From the NCBI GenBank assembly GCA_024679065.1, contig JAGIQG010000018.1, positions 25,358,001 to 25,422,000 of the forward strand: a DNA stretch of 64,000 nt, given 5' to 3'. This document shows, piece after piece, positions 13,010-26,439 of the stretch (its first letter is position 1; each line of letters opens with the position of its first letter). This DNA is from Sphyrna mokarran (Eukaryota). The position numbers and the translations under genes were made by a program. Under the pieces are notes generated by a model, which did not search any database, was not told the DNA's origin, and saw only the letters and a list, made by a program, of their open reading frames with translations.

Positions 13010-15212
13010 TATACCTAGGCAATTGCCACATTGTTGTGCAGCTACCAGTGTTGTAGCTGTACTAGGACAGCTTGACTAGTTTCATTGGACGTTCTAAAGC
13101 ACAAGTTCTTCATTACTATTGTTGGAATATTTCTTTTTATTCATTTATGGAATTTGGCAGCGCTAGCTAGACCAGCATTTATTGTTCATTCCTAGTTGCC
13201 CTCGAGAAGATGGTAATGTAGCTGCCTTCTTGAATCGCTGCAGTTCCTAAGGTGCAGGTACACGCACAGTGCTGTTAGGGAGCGAGTTCTGGAATTTTGA
13301 CCCAGCGACAGTGAAGAAATAGTGATATATTTCCAAGTCAGGATAGTGAGTGACTTGGAGAGAAACCTGCAGCTTTCTGCTGCTCTTGTCCTTCTAGATG
13401 GCAGTGGTTATGGGTTCAGAAGATGATGCCTAAGGAACCTGGGTGAGTTAGAAACATAGAAAAACTACAGCACAAGCAGGCCCTTCAGCCCACAAGTTGT
13501 GCCGAACATGTTCCTACCTACTAGGCATACCTATAAACCTGTATCTTACTAAGTTCCATGTACTTATCCGGAAGTCTCTTAAAAGACCCTATCGAATTCG
13601 CTTCCACCACCACTGCCGGCAGCCGATTCCATACATCTACCATCCTCTGAGTGAAAAACTTACCCCTAATATCTCCTCTGTACCTACTCCACAGCACGTT
13701 AAACTTGTGTCCTCTTATGGCAATCATTTCAGCCCTGGGGAAAAGCCTCTAAGAATCCCTTCAATGAATACTTCTCATCTTCTTATATACATCTCTATCA
13801 GGTCACCCCTCATCCTTAAGGTATGCCACTCAATCCACGCAACATCCTTGTAAATCTCTTCTGCACCCTTTCTTTGGCTTCCACATCCTTTCTGTAATGA
13901 GGCAACCAGAACTGAGCATAGCACTCCAAATGGGATCTGACCAGAGTCTTTTACAGCTGCAGCATTATCTCCCGACTCCTAAACTCAATTCCTCGATTGA
14001 TGAGTGCCAGTACACCATATGCCTTCTTAACCACAGCCTCTACCTGTGAAGCTGCATTGAGCATCCTATGGACCCCAAGATCCTTCTGATCTTCCACACT
14101 GCCAAGAGTTTTATCCTTAATATTATAATCTGTCATCCTATCTGACCTGCCAAAATGAATCACCACACACTTATCTGGATGGAGGTCCATCTGCCACTTC
14201 TCTGCCCAGTGTTGCATCCTATCAATGTCTTGCTGCAACTTCTGACATCCCTCCACAGCATCCACCACACCTCCAACCTTTGTTCCTGCAGTGTATCTTG
14301 TAGATGGTACACATAGCTGCCACTGTTTGTCTGTGCTGGAGGGATTGAACACTTGTGGAAGAGGTAGCAATCAAGTGCTATGTCTTAGATGGTGTCAAGC
14401 TTCTTGAATGTTGTTGGAACTGTAACCATTCAGGCAAGTGGAGAGTATTCCAGTACACTCCTGTACCTTGTAAACAGGCTTTGGGTAGTTAGAAGGTGAG
14501 CTACTCACTACTGGATTCCTAGCCTTTGACTAGCTATGATAGCAGCAATATTTATATGGCTAATCAGTTCAGTTTCTAGTCAGTGGTATCCCCCAGAATG
14601 TTAATAGTGGGGAATTTAGCGATGGTAATGACATTGAATGTCAAGGACAATGTTAGATCCTCTCTCATTGGAGATGGTCATTCCCTGGCACTTCTGTGGC
14701 ACACATGTTATTGCCACTTGTCAGACCAAACCTGGTATTGTCCAGGTTTTGTTGCATTTAGATATGTACTGCATCAGTATTTGAGGAGTTGAAAATGATA
14801 TTGAACATTTCTACAATCATCAGCAAACATCCCCGCTTCTGACTTTATGATGGAAGGAAAGTCATTGATAAAGCAGTTGAAGATGGTTAGGCCTAGGACA
14901 CTATGACCTACAGCATTTGCAATACCCAATGCCTTCAGCTATTTCTTGACATTATGTGGAGTGAGTCAAATTGGATGAAGACTGATATTTGTGATGCTTG
15001 GGACCAATGGCAGAGGCCGAGATGGTACTCTGGCTGAAGATTGTTGCAAGTTCTTCAGCCTTATCTTTTGCATTGATAGTCTGGACTAAGTAATCATTAA
15101 GGATGGGATATTTTTGGAATCTCCTTCTCCAGTGAATTGTTTAATTCTCCACCACCATTCACAATTGAATGCGGTAGGACTGTAGAGTTTAGATCTGACC
15201 CATTGAATGTGG
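13010..15212 (-). mobile_element. LINE family B (APE-RT non-LTR element, CR1/L2/Jockey group, clade unassigned), fragmented
   Basis: Characteristic 3' tail at ~13135-13205 and the RT GMFADD region at ~14810-14835; homologous to the copies at 28956, 44800, 50530 and 52750. Confidence 0.75.
13450..14283 (-). mobile_element. CR1 LINE 3' part nested in LINE family B
   Basis: ORFs 13951-14370 (TKVGGVVD...WAEKWQM...DKCVVIHFG...DLGV) and 13521-13727 (RGHKF...KFFTQRMVDVWNRLP); agaaacatagaaa tail. Confidence 0.9.
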
Positions 15213-15829
15213 AATGCTGAGAAGGTACATTCTGAAGCCAGCCCCTCAAGGCCCAGAGCAGCTAACAGATGTCTTGGAAGACCGTTAAATCAGTAGCATT
15301 TAATCACTATCTAGGTGCACTAGAACAGCCAATTGTATCTTCATTAATTTTTCTATATTGTCAACGTGTTGCTTCTGATGGTTTTTGTTATCAGTCTGTA
15401 TTGAATGATATTGGCTCAGGGGACTTTGTGATAGGAAATCTGAAATGGTTGCATTATTAAGGAATGGTGGAAAGTTCATTTCAACTGAATCAAAGCTTTA
15501 CAAAACCATCCCCCTCACTCCATGACGCATGTGGTAGATGTGGTCTCCTTCCTTCTATTCTTCTACCTCTTTACCTTTTCCTTCTCCTGAAATGGCTAAG
15601 TGACTGAGTGCTCAGTATTGCAAAGTTGTGGAGGATTCGACGTTAACATAGAGAACTTCTAAGGATGTAGTCCAGAAATATCTCCTCCCTCAAGCAATCC
15701 TGTCAAAATGTAATGATTTAAAATTAAAATCAAAACCCTGAACATAGTTCCTTACTGTTGTTGACTATTCCTTGATTCAAGGATGACATCCGTCCTAAGT
15801 ATCTGGTCTTAAGTATCTGCCATGGATCT

Positions 15830-16005
15830 TTGCTTCTGATTTCCTCTCACAGTCCAAAGATGTATGGTTTGGTAGAGTAGCTATGGTAAATATGCAGAGT
15901 TAAGGGATAGCATGAAGGGTGGGCTAAGGTATGATGCTCTTTTGGAGAATCAGTGCAGATTTGAAGGGCCGAATGGCCTTCTCCTGCACCGTAGGGATTC
16001 TATTC
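15830..16005 (+). mobile_element. V-domain (HE1-like) SINE 3' half
   Basis: tttcctctcacagtccaaagatgt core and CR1-type tail gggccgaatggccttctcctgcaccgtagggattcta. Confidence 0.65.
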
Positions 16006-16249
16006 CTTTCTATAAAAGAAACCCATGGCCTGCTCCATGTAGGTGGCTCTATGGAAATCAAAATCTTCTGACCTCATTCACTGGGGTGGCAGAAGTGGGT
16101 AATGAGCCTTGTGTGTAGTAGGTGACTCCTTTTACCAAGTAACCCCCATTCTTTGCTGCATCATAGAGACTCGAAGAGGGACTGTTGCAGCAGAAACAGC
16201 ATCGTGAATGCTGTTAGGTTAGCAGCAAACTGAAATTAACTTCTTGGTG

Positions 16250-16720
16250 TGGTTATGCACCAAATTCAAACTGAGAGAATGATAGCCATTGTGGTTGCAG
16301 TGTTGCTACCCATTGTCTGCAGGACTGCAGAGCCACATGTCATTGAGTTGATGATGCCTTGCATCATTGGAAACCCCATTATCCTGGCAAATCCATGTGC
16401 TGTTCCATCCTGATCTTCCCACCTTAGGGAGAACAGGATGAATTTCCCTCTCTTAGTACTATGTCTATATTGCCTTGACATGTATATACAAGGTAAACAA
16501 TGAAATGTGGTTGATGGAAGAATCCTGGTGAAAGAAGAACAACCGTGACCTTGATAGCCACTGGGAGGATCATCTTCAGCCTGATTTGAGCTCCAGGTTA
16601 TCAGGAAGGCTATGGCAAAACTCTGATTACCTCCTTTGTGAATCATATCCTTCTTAGGCATCATTCATGAGTCATTTGGACTGGTGCTCAAGGAAGCCCC
16701 TTCATGGGTAGGGCCTTCCA
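16250..16720 (-). pseudogene. Decayed PIF/Harbinger transposase fragment
   Basis: Minus strand, in order: CLRRIxFTKEVI, LPVAIKVTV, GFARIMGFPMMQGIIN. These resemble Harbinger transposase motifs (CLRRLRF..., LPVAVKVT..., GFPxVxGAIDCTH). Confidence 0.65.
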
Positions 16721-17306
16721 TTGTGAATCCTCATTCACACTTTCTTCACAGAGCTTTTCTCTCTGCCTTCTTCTTTGTATATTCATATAACAGAGCTAAT
16801 GGCACGGCAACCACCCCTCACATACCTATGCAAGAGAATGTTTGTTTCTGTCATTCTGTGGTCAGCAAAAACCTCCAAATTACTCCAGCAATTCACTAAT
16901 CTGCTTCCAAAAACTTTGTCTCAGCTAGCTAAGTCAAAAGCACTTCAGCTGCAAATTTTTGAGTGGCCCTTTAAATAGCCACAGTGCAGGGCCCATCTAG
17001 ATTCATAATGCATGTTGTTTCAGAAGTGAATAAGGAAAACACAGTCAACATGTGTTGGTCAATTTTAGTATCCTGGTGTTACATCAGCCCATTCACTTAA
17101 ATGACTGCATGATACCGCACTTTCAATAACTTCAAGTGCTTGCAGGCAATGCAGCTGTACAAGGCATTCAATTTCACTAAAGCCACATAGACAACAGCCC
17201 CACGCATGCTTGGAAAACCTCATGTTGACCTCTGCGCAACTGAATATATGCAATAAAGTACTGGTAATGCTCAGCAAGCCAGCTGGTGCTTGCAACCAGT
17301 GTGAAC

Positions 17307-18013
17307 TGTTGTAGATAAAGATGCCTCTGAGACAAATTGTGAGTCAAAGTACAGCAAGTTTATTCAAAAGCTTTTGGGAGATACGCCTGGCACCTAACAG
17401 CGGTTCCCCAGGCATCTCTCCGAACACAAGTTAAGAGCATATATTTGGCACCCCCCCCCCCCCCCCCGCCCCGTTCATGTACGCATCTTCTCATTCTCAG
17501 CAGGTTCCCAGGCTGTGGGTTGTCCTTTATCATGGGAACATGACTGCCTCGGCATTTCTTCATGGTTATCTCAAGGCCGCAATTGACATGTGTGATTAGC
17601 CCTTAGCTAACGTACAGACTGACAAGACAAGTTAAAATTAGCGGGCCGGTATAACAATCTATGCTTATAAGTTGTATAACATATGTATATGTATAATTTG
17701 TTGGTCCATGACACATAAGCAGTATATAATGAATATGTATATGTATATATTTAGAACATGCAAGCTTCACTCTATTAAGCGAAAGTCCACGAAATTAAAG
17801 ACACAACTTAACTACAAGCTGGGTCAGCTACATTTCTGAGCGGGCTTATCATAAACTTGTGTATAATAGCAAGAGCAGCGGCTGTCTTCCTGTAGTCTTG
17901 GTACATGAAAGCAAAGTTACATTTATTTGAAATATATGAAAACTAGCTGCATGTAGGATATTTTTCTCATTCTCTCAAGTATTACAAAGTTCATTAACTC
18001 ATTCACTACTGCA
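17307..18013 (-). mobile_element. Candidate solo LTR
   Basis: TG...CA ends (tgttgtag / ctactgca), 4-bp direct repeat GAAC at 17303-17306 and 18014-18017, minus-strand AATAAA near the left end, CpG-richer than flanks, poly-C run at ~17450-17467. Confidence 0.5.
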
Positions 18014-18789
18014 GAACCCTGTATAGAATTCCTGGCAATATAAATAGGTACATTCTCTCCACAAAGGTTTGCTCTTCTCTTTGAGTGTTTCCAGATCTTT
18101 CTGGTTTTGTTTGAACTGGAAACTGTTGAATTCTGATCATTGCTGAATATTAATTGGGTAGACTGTAGAAAAGGAGGGTGAGGAATTTAATTTGCAGTCC
18201 AGAGCTAAAATTGCAAAGGAATGAATTTGATATATTTTATATTGGATTAGGAGCCATCAGGAAATCCATGATTTTCATATCTTCAAAAAATAGACTTGTT
18301 TACCACGCAATTATAGATGGTCCCTTAGATCACTGTAGCTGTCCCCTTCCTATTGGCCTATTCCTATTCACAGAACACAGTGAAACAGAAGGTGGAAGCT
18401 CTGAAGATATGGACTGTATCAGGCAGAGTCAAGCTGAATAGATAGAGAATGACATAAGCATAAGGGAACAGATGACTGGAAAAACCTTCAAGCATTTAAG
18501 GGAACTTGACTTTGGATGATTACATTACTTACTGAAGGTCTTATTCAAATATTTTAAACTTGCTTCATTCACCTAGACACATCATTTTTTTGCACAGTAT
18601 GCATCCAGTTTTATGTTCAGATTAAAAGATTAATTCCTCAATACTGTCGAATTTGCAGGAATTGTAGGAACAGATCATGTAACATTCAGAGCAGATGTTG
18701 ATTATGTTTATTAATTAGGCAGAGTAACCTGTTTCCTAATAGCTGTTTAGCCAGCCCAGACTTTTACAGAAACTGGAAAGAGCCTACTA

Positions 18790-19100
18790 ACCAAACTTGT
18801 TTGATCTATGTGGGGAGCTGCTGTCTCAACATTCTGGACCTCAGCATCTGCTGCCATAGCGTACTCCACAGCTGAGTACAATGCATCTGTCTGTCACACA
18901 CACCTCTCGTTGAACTCAATTGAATGCAGCAATATGCATCATAATTGGAATTCCCTACTCCACATCCCTCCTGGTTTCTTCTCCCTGCAAGCGTCATTCA
19001 CTTACAAACTGTTTGAAACCATCCATGCTGTCTCTCATTCACCCACTTCATGTTGACCTGTCCAACCTACCTACTGTCCACCTTCCATCTCAATGCCGCA
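18790..19100 (+). mobile_element. Ingi/Vingi-like non-LTR retrotransposon fragment
   Basis: ORF 18808-19056 begins WGAAVSTFWTSASAAIAYSTAEYNASV, resembling the Ingi/Vingi WGA..TLRT.ALAL.YS.AEYC.PVW motif. Confidence 0.6.
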
Positions 19101-19139
19101 TATAGAACACCCTTCGTGATCAAGATTACCTGCTGCATC

Positions 19140-22100
19140 TATGTGCTAGCTTTGTGCACAAATACCTCTGAGTATTGCAGTTTTCTTCAGTTTTTCTCCA
19201 TTTAAATAGCCCAGTTCTTTTGTTCTCCCTTCCAAAATGAACAACTTCACGTTTTCCCACATTTGCCAACTTTTTGCCCACTTACTTAATCTTTCAATAT
19301 CTCTTTATTAGCTGCTTGTATCTCTCTCACACTTGCCTTTCCACCTGTTTTTCCATCATCTGCAAATTTGGCTACAGTACAATCACTTCCTTACGCCAAG
19401 TCATTGATATATTGGCTAGTTGGTTAACAATGAGGTAGAATGTCTTGGGCTACAAGAAAATGTGGTTGGAATGGTCAAATGGGCAAATAAGTGGCAGAAA
19501 GAATTTAACCCTGTAAAGTGTAAATTGATACACTTTGGAAGGAGTAATTTGACAAGGAAGTACTCAATGAATGGTAAGACACTAGGAAGTTCTGTGGAAC
19601 AAAGGGACCTTGGCATGTTTGTCCACAGATCTCTGAAGGCAGAAGGGCATATTAGTAGGGTGGTGAAAAAAACATATAGGATACTTGCTTTTATTATTCG
19701 AGGCATAGAATTCAAAAGCAGGGAAGCCATATTGGAGTTGTATAGAACTTTGATGAGGCCACAGCTAGAACACAATATGCAGTCGCCACATATAGGAAAG
19801 ATGTAATTGCACTGGAGGGGTGAAGAGAAGATTCACCTGGGTGCTGCCTGGGATGAAACATTTAAGTTATGAAGAGAGATTGGGTAGGCTTGGGTTATTT
19901 TTGTTGGGGCAGAGAAGGCTGAAGGGTAACCTGATTGAAGTGTACAAGATTATGACAGAGTGGAAAAGGAACAACTGTTCTGCTTGATTAAAGGGTCAGC
20001 CACAAAGGGACATAGGTTCAAGATGAGGAGCAGGAGGTTAGGGGGAGACATAAGGAAAAATTTTTTTACCCAGAGGGTATTGACTGTCTGAAATGTGCTG
20101 CCTGGGAAGGTGGCAGAGGCAGTGCCTCTGGGTCAAGTGCTGGCACATGGGATCAGATGGGAGTTCGGGTGTTTCTAATGTGTCAGTGTGGACTTGATGG
20201 GCTGAAGGGCCCCTTTTGCATGATATGATTCTTGTGTCTTAGCACTGCTGCAGTCTTAGCACTGGTCCCTGTGGAACCCCACTGGTTACAGATCACCAAC
20301 CTGAAAAAAATCCCTTATCCCCACTCATGTTTCCTGCCCATCAGCCAATTCTCTATCCATACCAATAAACTACCTCCAACGTAATGGGCTCAAATCTTAT
20401 GACTTAACGTTTTGTGAGGTATCTTGTCAAATGCCTTCTAGAAGTCCAAAATACAACACATCTACTGGTTCCCCTCTATTCATTCTGATTAAGCCTTCCT
20501 CAAAAAACTCTGATAAATTAATCAGACATGAGTTCTCTTTTATGAAATTGTGCTGACTCTGCTTGATTAGATTATGATTTTCCAAATGTGCTGCTATTAT
20601 TTCCTAATAATTGATACCAACATTTTTCCAACAACACTTGTTAGACTAATCAGCTTATAGTTATCTATGCTTTTTGCCACCTTCTCTTCCTTTTTGAATA
20701 GGAATGTTATAATGGCAGTTTTCCAGTCCTCTGGTATTTCTTGAGAATCCAAGGATTTGTGGAAAATTACAAGCAATGCTACTTCTTTTAGGATCCTGGA
20801 ATGCAATCAATCAGGGTCAAGGGAATTATCTGCCTTTGGCCCCATTAATTTGTCGAATATTACTTTTCTAGTGTGGTGATGGTACTTCATTCCTCCCCTG
20901 TATTTTTTAGTATTAATGGAATGTTTGAAGTGTCTTCCACTGCAAAGACTGATGCAAAATATCTTTAATTCCTCTGCCATCTCCTTGTTTCTAATAACTA
21001 TCTCTCCAGATTCATTTTATGAGGGGCTTATGTTCACATTTACTTCTCCCTTTTTGTATTTAAAGAAGCTCTTATTGCCAGTCTTTATACTCCTCACTAG
21101 TTTGCCCTTGTGGTTTATTTTCTCTCTCTTTATTAACTTATTAGTCCTCCTTTGCTGGACTCTGAATTCATCCCAGTCTTCAGGGCGATCATTGATCATG
21201 CCTTCTGATGTGCATTTTCTTTCAATTTAATACTCGCTTTAACTTCCTTGGTTAGCCATGGTTGGTTTATCCCTCTCTTAGAATCTTTCCTCCTAACTGG
21301 GATATATTTTTGCTGAGAGTCATGACTTACCTCCTTAAATGCCTGCCACTGCTTGCTGACTCTTTCCTGCTGGTCTATCTGCCCTGTCCACTTTTGCTAA
21401 TTCTATTCTCTATATGAGAATAGTAATTCTCTTTCTTTAAGTTAAACACAATTGTTCTCAACCGAAGTTTCTCACTCTCAAACCGATTATTACATTCTAT
21501 CACCATTTTCAAGGGGATCTTTTATTCTGAGGTCATTTATTAAACGTGCCTCATTACCTATTACCAGATCCAAGATAACCTGTTCCCTCCATGACATACT
21601 GTTCTACGAAACTATCCCTAATGCACTCTATGAATTTGTTGTCAGAGCTACCCTTTCCAACTTGATTAACCCAATAAACATGAAGATTAAAGTCACCCAT
21701 AATTATTGCTCTATTCTTTTCACATGTCCCTATTATTTGATGATTTATACTTTTTTCTATTTGGAGTCTATCCACTACCTAAATGGACTGTACATTATCT
21801 GAGCCTAGATCCTCTCTCACAACCAACTTCTTTACATGTCTTACTGATAGGGTTGCCCTACCACCTTTTCCTTCCTTCTGTTTTCCAAAAGATCAAATTT
21901 CCTTGAATATTAAGTTCCCAGTTTTAATCTCCTTGTAATGGCTACAAGATCATATCCATTTACTTCAATTTGCGCCATCAGTTCCTCTATCTTATTCCAA
22001 ATGTTTCATGCATGACTCTAGCACCAGGGAGGCTACATATCATCCTGCGTTTGAGGCTGCAGGAATGCCTATCTACCCCTTTACAATTGAACCGTTATAA

Positions 22101-22780
22101 CTATTGCATTCTCACACTTCTTAATTCTCTCCCATGTAGCAGAATCAATCATGGTGCAATGAATTGGGCTGTTACCACTTTTCCTGAGAGGCCATTTCCC
22201 CCAGCAGTACCCAAAGTAGTATACCTGTTTTGTACAGGAATAGGTACAGGGACTTCTTGTGCTGCTTGCCTACTTTTCTTATTCTGTCTAGTTGTCATAC
22301 ATTCCTTTTCTGCTTGTGGAGTCTTAGCCTGAGGTGTGACCTCTCTGTGCATGCTATCCACGATACTCTCAGCTTCAAGGATACTTTACAGTGTCCCCAG
22401 CCATCTGCTCCAGCTCTGAAGCTGCAGCTGGAGTCACTTCCTGCATGCATATTGGCCCCAGGTACTGGAAATGTTCCTGGCTTCCCACAAAGAGCATGAG
22501 AACACCACAGTTTTGAGCTCACCTGCCATGACTTATCCCTTTAAATTAAACATTTGGAACATGCTTAATATCAAATAATATCAATTACTCTCAGACCTTT
22601 CTTTCCTGATCGTTGTTACTACAGAATATAGTCTTTGAATGATAAACCACAATAAAACTTTACAGATCTCAGTTTCTGACAAATCCAAATTTGGCTGGCA
22701 AGGGGAAGGTGAGTTGGAGTGGTTCATACAGGTGGGAAAACCAATCTCAGCAAGGCCGTTTGAACTTACTGCTGAGTTCA
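19140..22780 (-). mobile_element. Long decayed CR1 LINE (5'UTR, ORF1, APE endonuclease, RT), interrupted by a plus-strand CR1
   Basis: ORF1-like QEVPVPIPVQNRYTTL (22149-22361); APE IIMGDFNLH (21554-21775); RT IPEDWKTAII...[15 protein letters not shown] (20597-20806). Confidence 0.85.
19416..20232 (+). mobile_element. CR1 LINE 3' portion
   Basis: ORF 19420-19806 WANKWQKEFNPVKCKLIHFGRSN...QRDLG...LYRTLMRPQLE; CR1 3' tail follows. Confidence 0.9.
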
Positions 22781-23259
22781 AACAGACCTTGTTTTGGTTT
22801 TTACAATGACCTTAACCCACATTGTGGGAGTCACAAATTGATGGAGTGAATATAAATATTCTTGATGAGTGGATAAGGTCAAGAGTCATGATTTGAATAT
22901 TTTTAAACATGGAACACAAAACAGGCTTAAGTTATCAGTGAATACTAAATCCTCTGGTGGATTCCTTTCATTGATAGACCATCTGTAGTCAGTTAAAAAA
23001 AATTATCGCATGGTCATTCAGTTTTAAAAGGGGTCTTTCATGACATTTCCCCAAGAGCTATTATTATGAATGATTGGCTGAGTTTTGAAAGATGCATTCT
23101 CTTCAACAAGATGTTCTGAGTTCACAGTGTGATTGTCAGTTTAAAGATGTTATTAAAGGATTTGATGTCTTTGATGTGGAGTTGGAATAGAAGTTTGTTT
23201 TTATAAAGATTAACTCGTGGTGAGTTTTAAAAGCTTTGAAAGGATTTCCTGAATAGAAA

Positions 23260-23435
23260 TTAAAAAGCAGAAAATGTTCAAAAGTCTCAGCAGATATAGC
23301 AGCCTTTACGGCAAGAGGAACTCTTCTGAAGAAGAATCATATTGAACTCAAACATTAACTCTGTTTCTCTCTCCATAGGTTTTGTCAGATCTGCTGGGTT
23401 TTTCCAGCATTTTCTGTTTTTTATTTTAGATTTCC
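23260..23435. mobile_element. Inverted dimer of Penelope-type terminal repeat with a degenerate hammerhead-like core
   Basis: aaaaagcagaaaatg...ctcagcaga is complementary to tctgctggg...cattttctgttttt. Between them lies ctgaaga-agaatc-atattg-aactc-aaac (CUGANGA...GAAAC-like). Confidence 0.65.
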
Positions 23436-26269
23436 AACATCCATTTTTCTCTTTTTTTAATGGAAGTTTTTTGCACTATCAAGTGAACATAAGCAACATT
23501 AGATTATTAGAACTCTTTTTCATCTCTAATGACTTCTGAGGTCTGTACAACATGGGGGATACTTGAAGACTGGTTATGGAGGTGGCATACGGGTATGAGG
23601 GGGCATGGGGATGGAGGACATGAGTTGGCATGTAGGTATTGTGAGACTATGCAAGTTGAGCTGTGAGGACTAGACAGTTCAACAGCTTCTTAAACAACAG
23701 GGATCAAGTTCCAGAGGACTAAGGTGGGCCTTCTAACCAGCCCACCTTTGCATCTGTCAGCACCTGTAGCTACCTGGGATCTGATTCTGGGTCAGTGGGA
23801 CTAACTGGATCCCAACCCTGTATCCCTGGAGTAAAAATTAGGTCTAACAGTACCTCAAAACCAAGGCAGGTCTGCTGAATCAGTGCACAGCACAGGGATA
23901 TAGAAATATGTCAATCACTTTGTACAAGTAATCTGTGATAATATCATTCAAAACTCTATTACGTTGAACAAGTTAAAATTGTGTTTGTTTTAACTGCGAA
24001 AGAAAGTTATTGCACTATTTGTGACAGTTGAATTTCCTGAATCGCTCATTAACAATACAACCAATCTTTATCCTGTTCAGTTGTTGATATTGTTAGCAGT
24101 TAATGTCATTCCTTCCATGCTTCATAATCTACAATTTAAATGTTCATGAGATGCTTTGTAGTGTTGTGTATAGATCAGACTTGATTAATGATCGGTTTGA
24201 GTGGTCAACTCAAGTTCTCTCTGTTGAGTCCTCTGAGGAATTATTGAAAATCTTTTTACAGCACATTATATCCACATTAAAGGTATACAGCATAGGTAAA
24301 ACCTCATGATGTAACTAATCCCAAATCCTTTGAAGACAGTCAATTCATGTCAACAGTTGTAATTCTTTATTGAAAACCTATGTCCCTGAAACTACTGTTT
24401 CTGATGCAACTGTTCTTAAATCTTTTGAGGAATAAGCTTTATCATCTGTTATCTTTCCATACCTCTACCATGTTTATTACCTTAGCACTTAAAGTTACAC
24501 TGCAATTTACTCACTGCTGATGTCATTACTGTCACATATTTCTTTATATAAGCACTTTGCAGAACACAGGATAAGGCCATGCTTTTCCCCAATGACATTT
24601 CACACCCATTCTGTTGACATCAGAAAGTATGTTGCTGCAAGATACAAAGTTCAGTTATTAATCTTTTAGCTTTCTTCTGCTATTAAACTGATATCTGCAA
24701 AGTAGGTTAATTCATACTTCAGCCAATAATCTATTGATGATCATTAAGTTGTTGCTGAATTTCTTTAATTGAATTGGTTTATGGAGGATAACTCAAGAGC
24801 AAAGCTATTTACCATAATTAAAGGCTGGACACATATAATTTCTGACCTGCTTTCCCATATAAGATTGGAAATACATCTCATTTCTAGTCACTTGAGAACT
24901 GCTTGCAATCAATGATATAATAAACTTGGGGCTGTGAATGCATGTGGGTTAACTAATGTTTTTAGGGCAACAAGCTCTCCCAGGATAGTTATAAAAAGTT
25001 ATATAACAAGTGATGTTTGCTGATGATCAAATGGCAATTTAGATTTAATGTCAATATCAAGTATCATAAGATCAGGTGCAGTGGTGCATTTAACGTACAG
25101 TAAAATTCCACTATCCTGACACAACGTAATAGCTGCCTGCCAATCTTGTTGGCAATCTTGTTGAGTAAATTGACTCAAATTAATAAGGGGATAAATTAAA
25201 AAGGGTAGTTCTCCAAAGGAGGGGAACCACCCAAAACAAAAGACAAAATGAAAAAGAAACTTAAAACATCAAATCGAAGTGTGATTAAAGGGGTCAGTAA
25301 TGCACCCTAATTCCTGTAGTGGCCAACGAGCACACCTGCCTGCCTGAGTCAGAAAGTTGCATATTGGAGCCTCCTTCCAAGATGTAAGTGATATTTACTT
25401 CCTGCCAATTGAGAGAGGGAGTGTCCCCTTTAAGGGTGCCTATTAAAGATGGAGTCACATCATCAAGACCCCCACTTAAAGAGGGACCTCTTTTAAAGAC
25501 AATCTGACCCTTAGAGATTTATTTTGAAAAGGGACTCAGTCTATTGAGGACCCCTTTTAAATAGGAAGTCTCTCCATCAGGTTCGCTAGAGATAGTCTCA
25601 CCATCAGGACCAAATTTAAAAAGGTGTAACAAATAATTTGTAACTTTGCTCCAAGATGTTGGATTAAATGATTTTTAATATATTTAATCATTGCAGTTGA
25701 GATCATCAACAATCTTGTTCTGAGAGAATTGCATGTCAGTTTATTATCCCCACACAAGTATAATGCCAGATAGTATAAAGCTCCTGGGTTTTTTACAATA
25801 TCCAATGACATTAATTCACTTCATACCTTTGTATAAATGTTTTGCAAACCTTTGTCAGAAATGAGGGTGTGGTGACTCAATTGTGTTTGAAATGCCATTA
25901 CATCATTTACGGCTGGTGTCATCACATTAAAAGATACCTGACGTACTCCCCCAGAGTAACACTGATAATCCTGCTTTCAAAAAGCATAGCTCAGCAAAAT
26001 CACTGGCCCACTTAGTTTTTGAAAGCATAATTCATCAGATTTTTATTAAAAAGACTTTGTCATGGTTTCACAGAGCTCAGGTAGTCTTATTTCCTTTGCT
26101 CTAGACCTTTTCTCGGCTATTGATTTTGGTTGGAATGTGCCTCAAAAACTACAATAGCAACCAACCCGGAATAATATTATTGCTAAACATTATTGTTTTC
26201 CAATCATTGTTCCTTGAAGAAGAGGTCTAATAATGCAAAGAAAGATTTGATAAATAGAACAAAACTTCA

Positions 26270-26435
26270 AAGAACTTGTGTCCTTCCAGTCAGGTTTGCA
26301 CTCCTGCCGCTGTACTAAAACAGCTCTTGTCAAAATTACAGATGGCATCATGTGTGAATGTGACAAAGGTGAACTATCCCTCCTGTCCATCATGACCTGT
26401 AGGTGGTCTTTAACAAATTGAACACACTGTTCTCG
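26270..26435 (+). mobile_element. L2 LINE RT fragment
   Basis: FQSGLHSCRCTKTALVKITDGIMCECDKGELSLL resembles the L2 QSGFR..HSTETAL.KV.ND motif. Confidence 0.6.
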
Positions 26436-26439
26436 TCTA

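Noticed and set aside
18374-18441. Strong plus-strand splice acceptor followed by EHSETEGGSSEDMDC...
   Set aside because: No convincing donor, stops follow quickly, and no recognisable protein.
25141-25163. Short tandem duplications (caatcttgttg x2; also gtcttagcactg x2 at ~20236)
   Set aside because: Ordinary slippage or repair duplications with no further structure.
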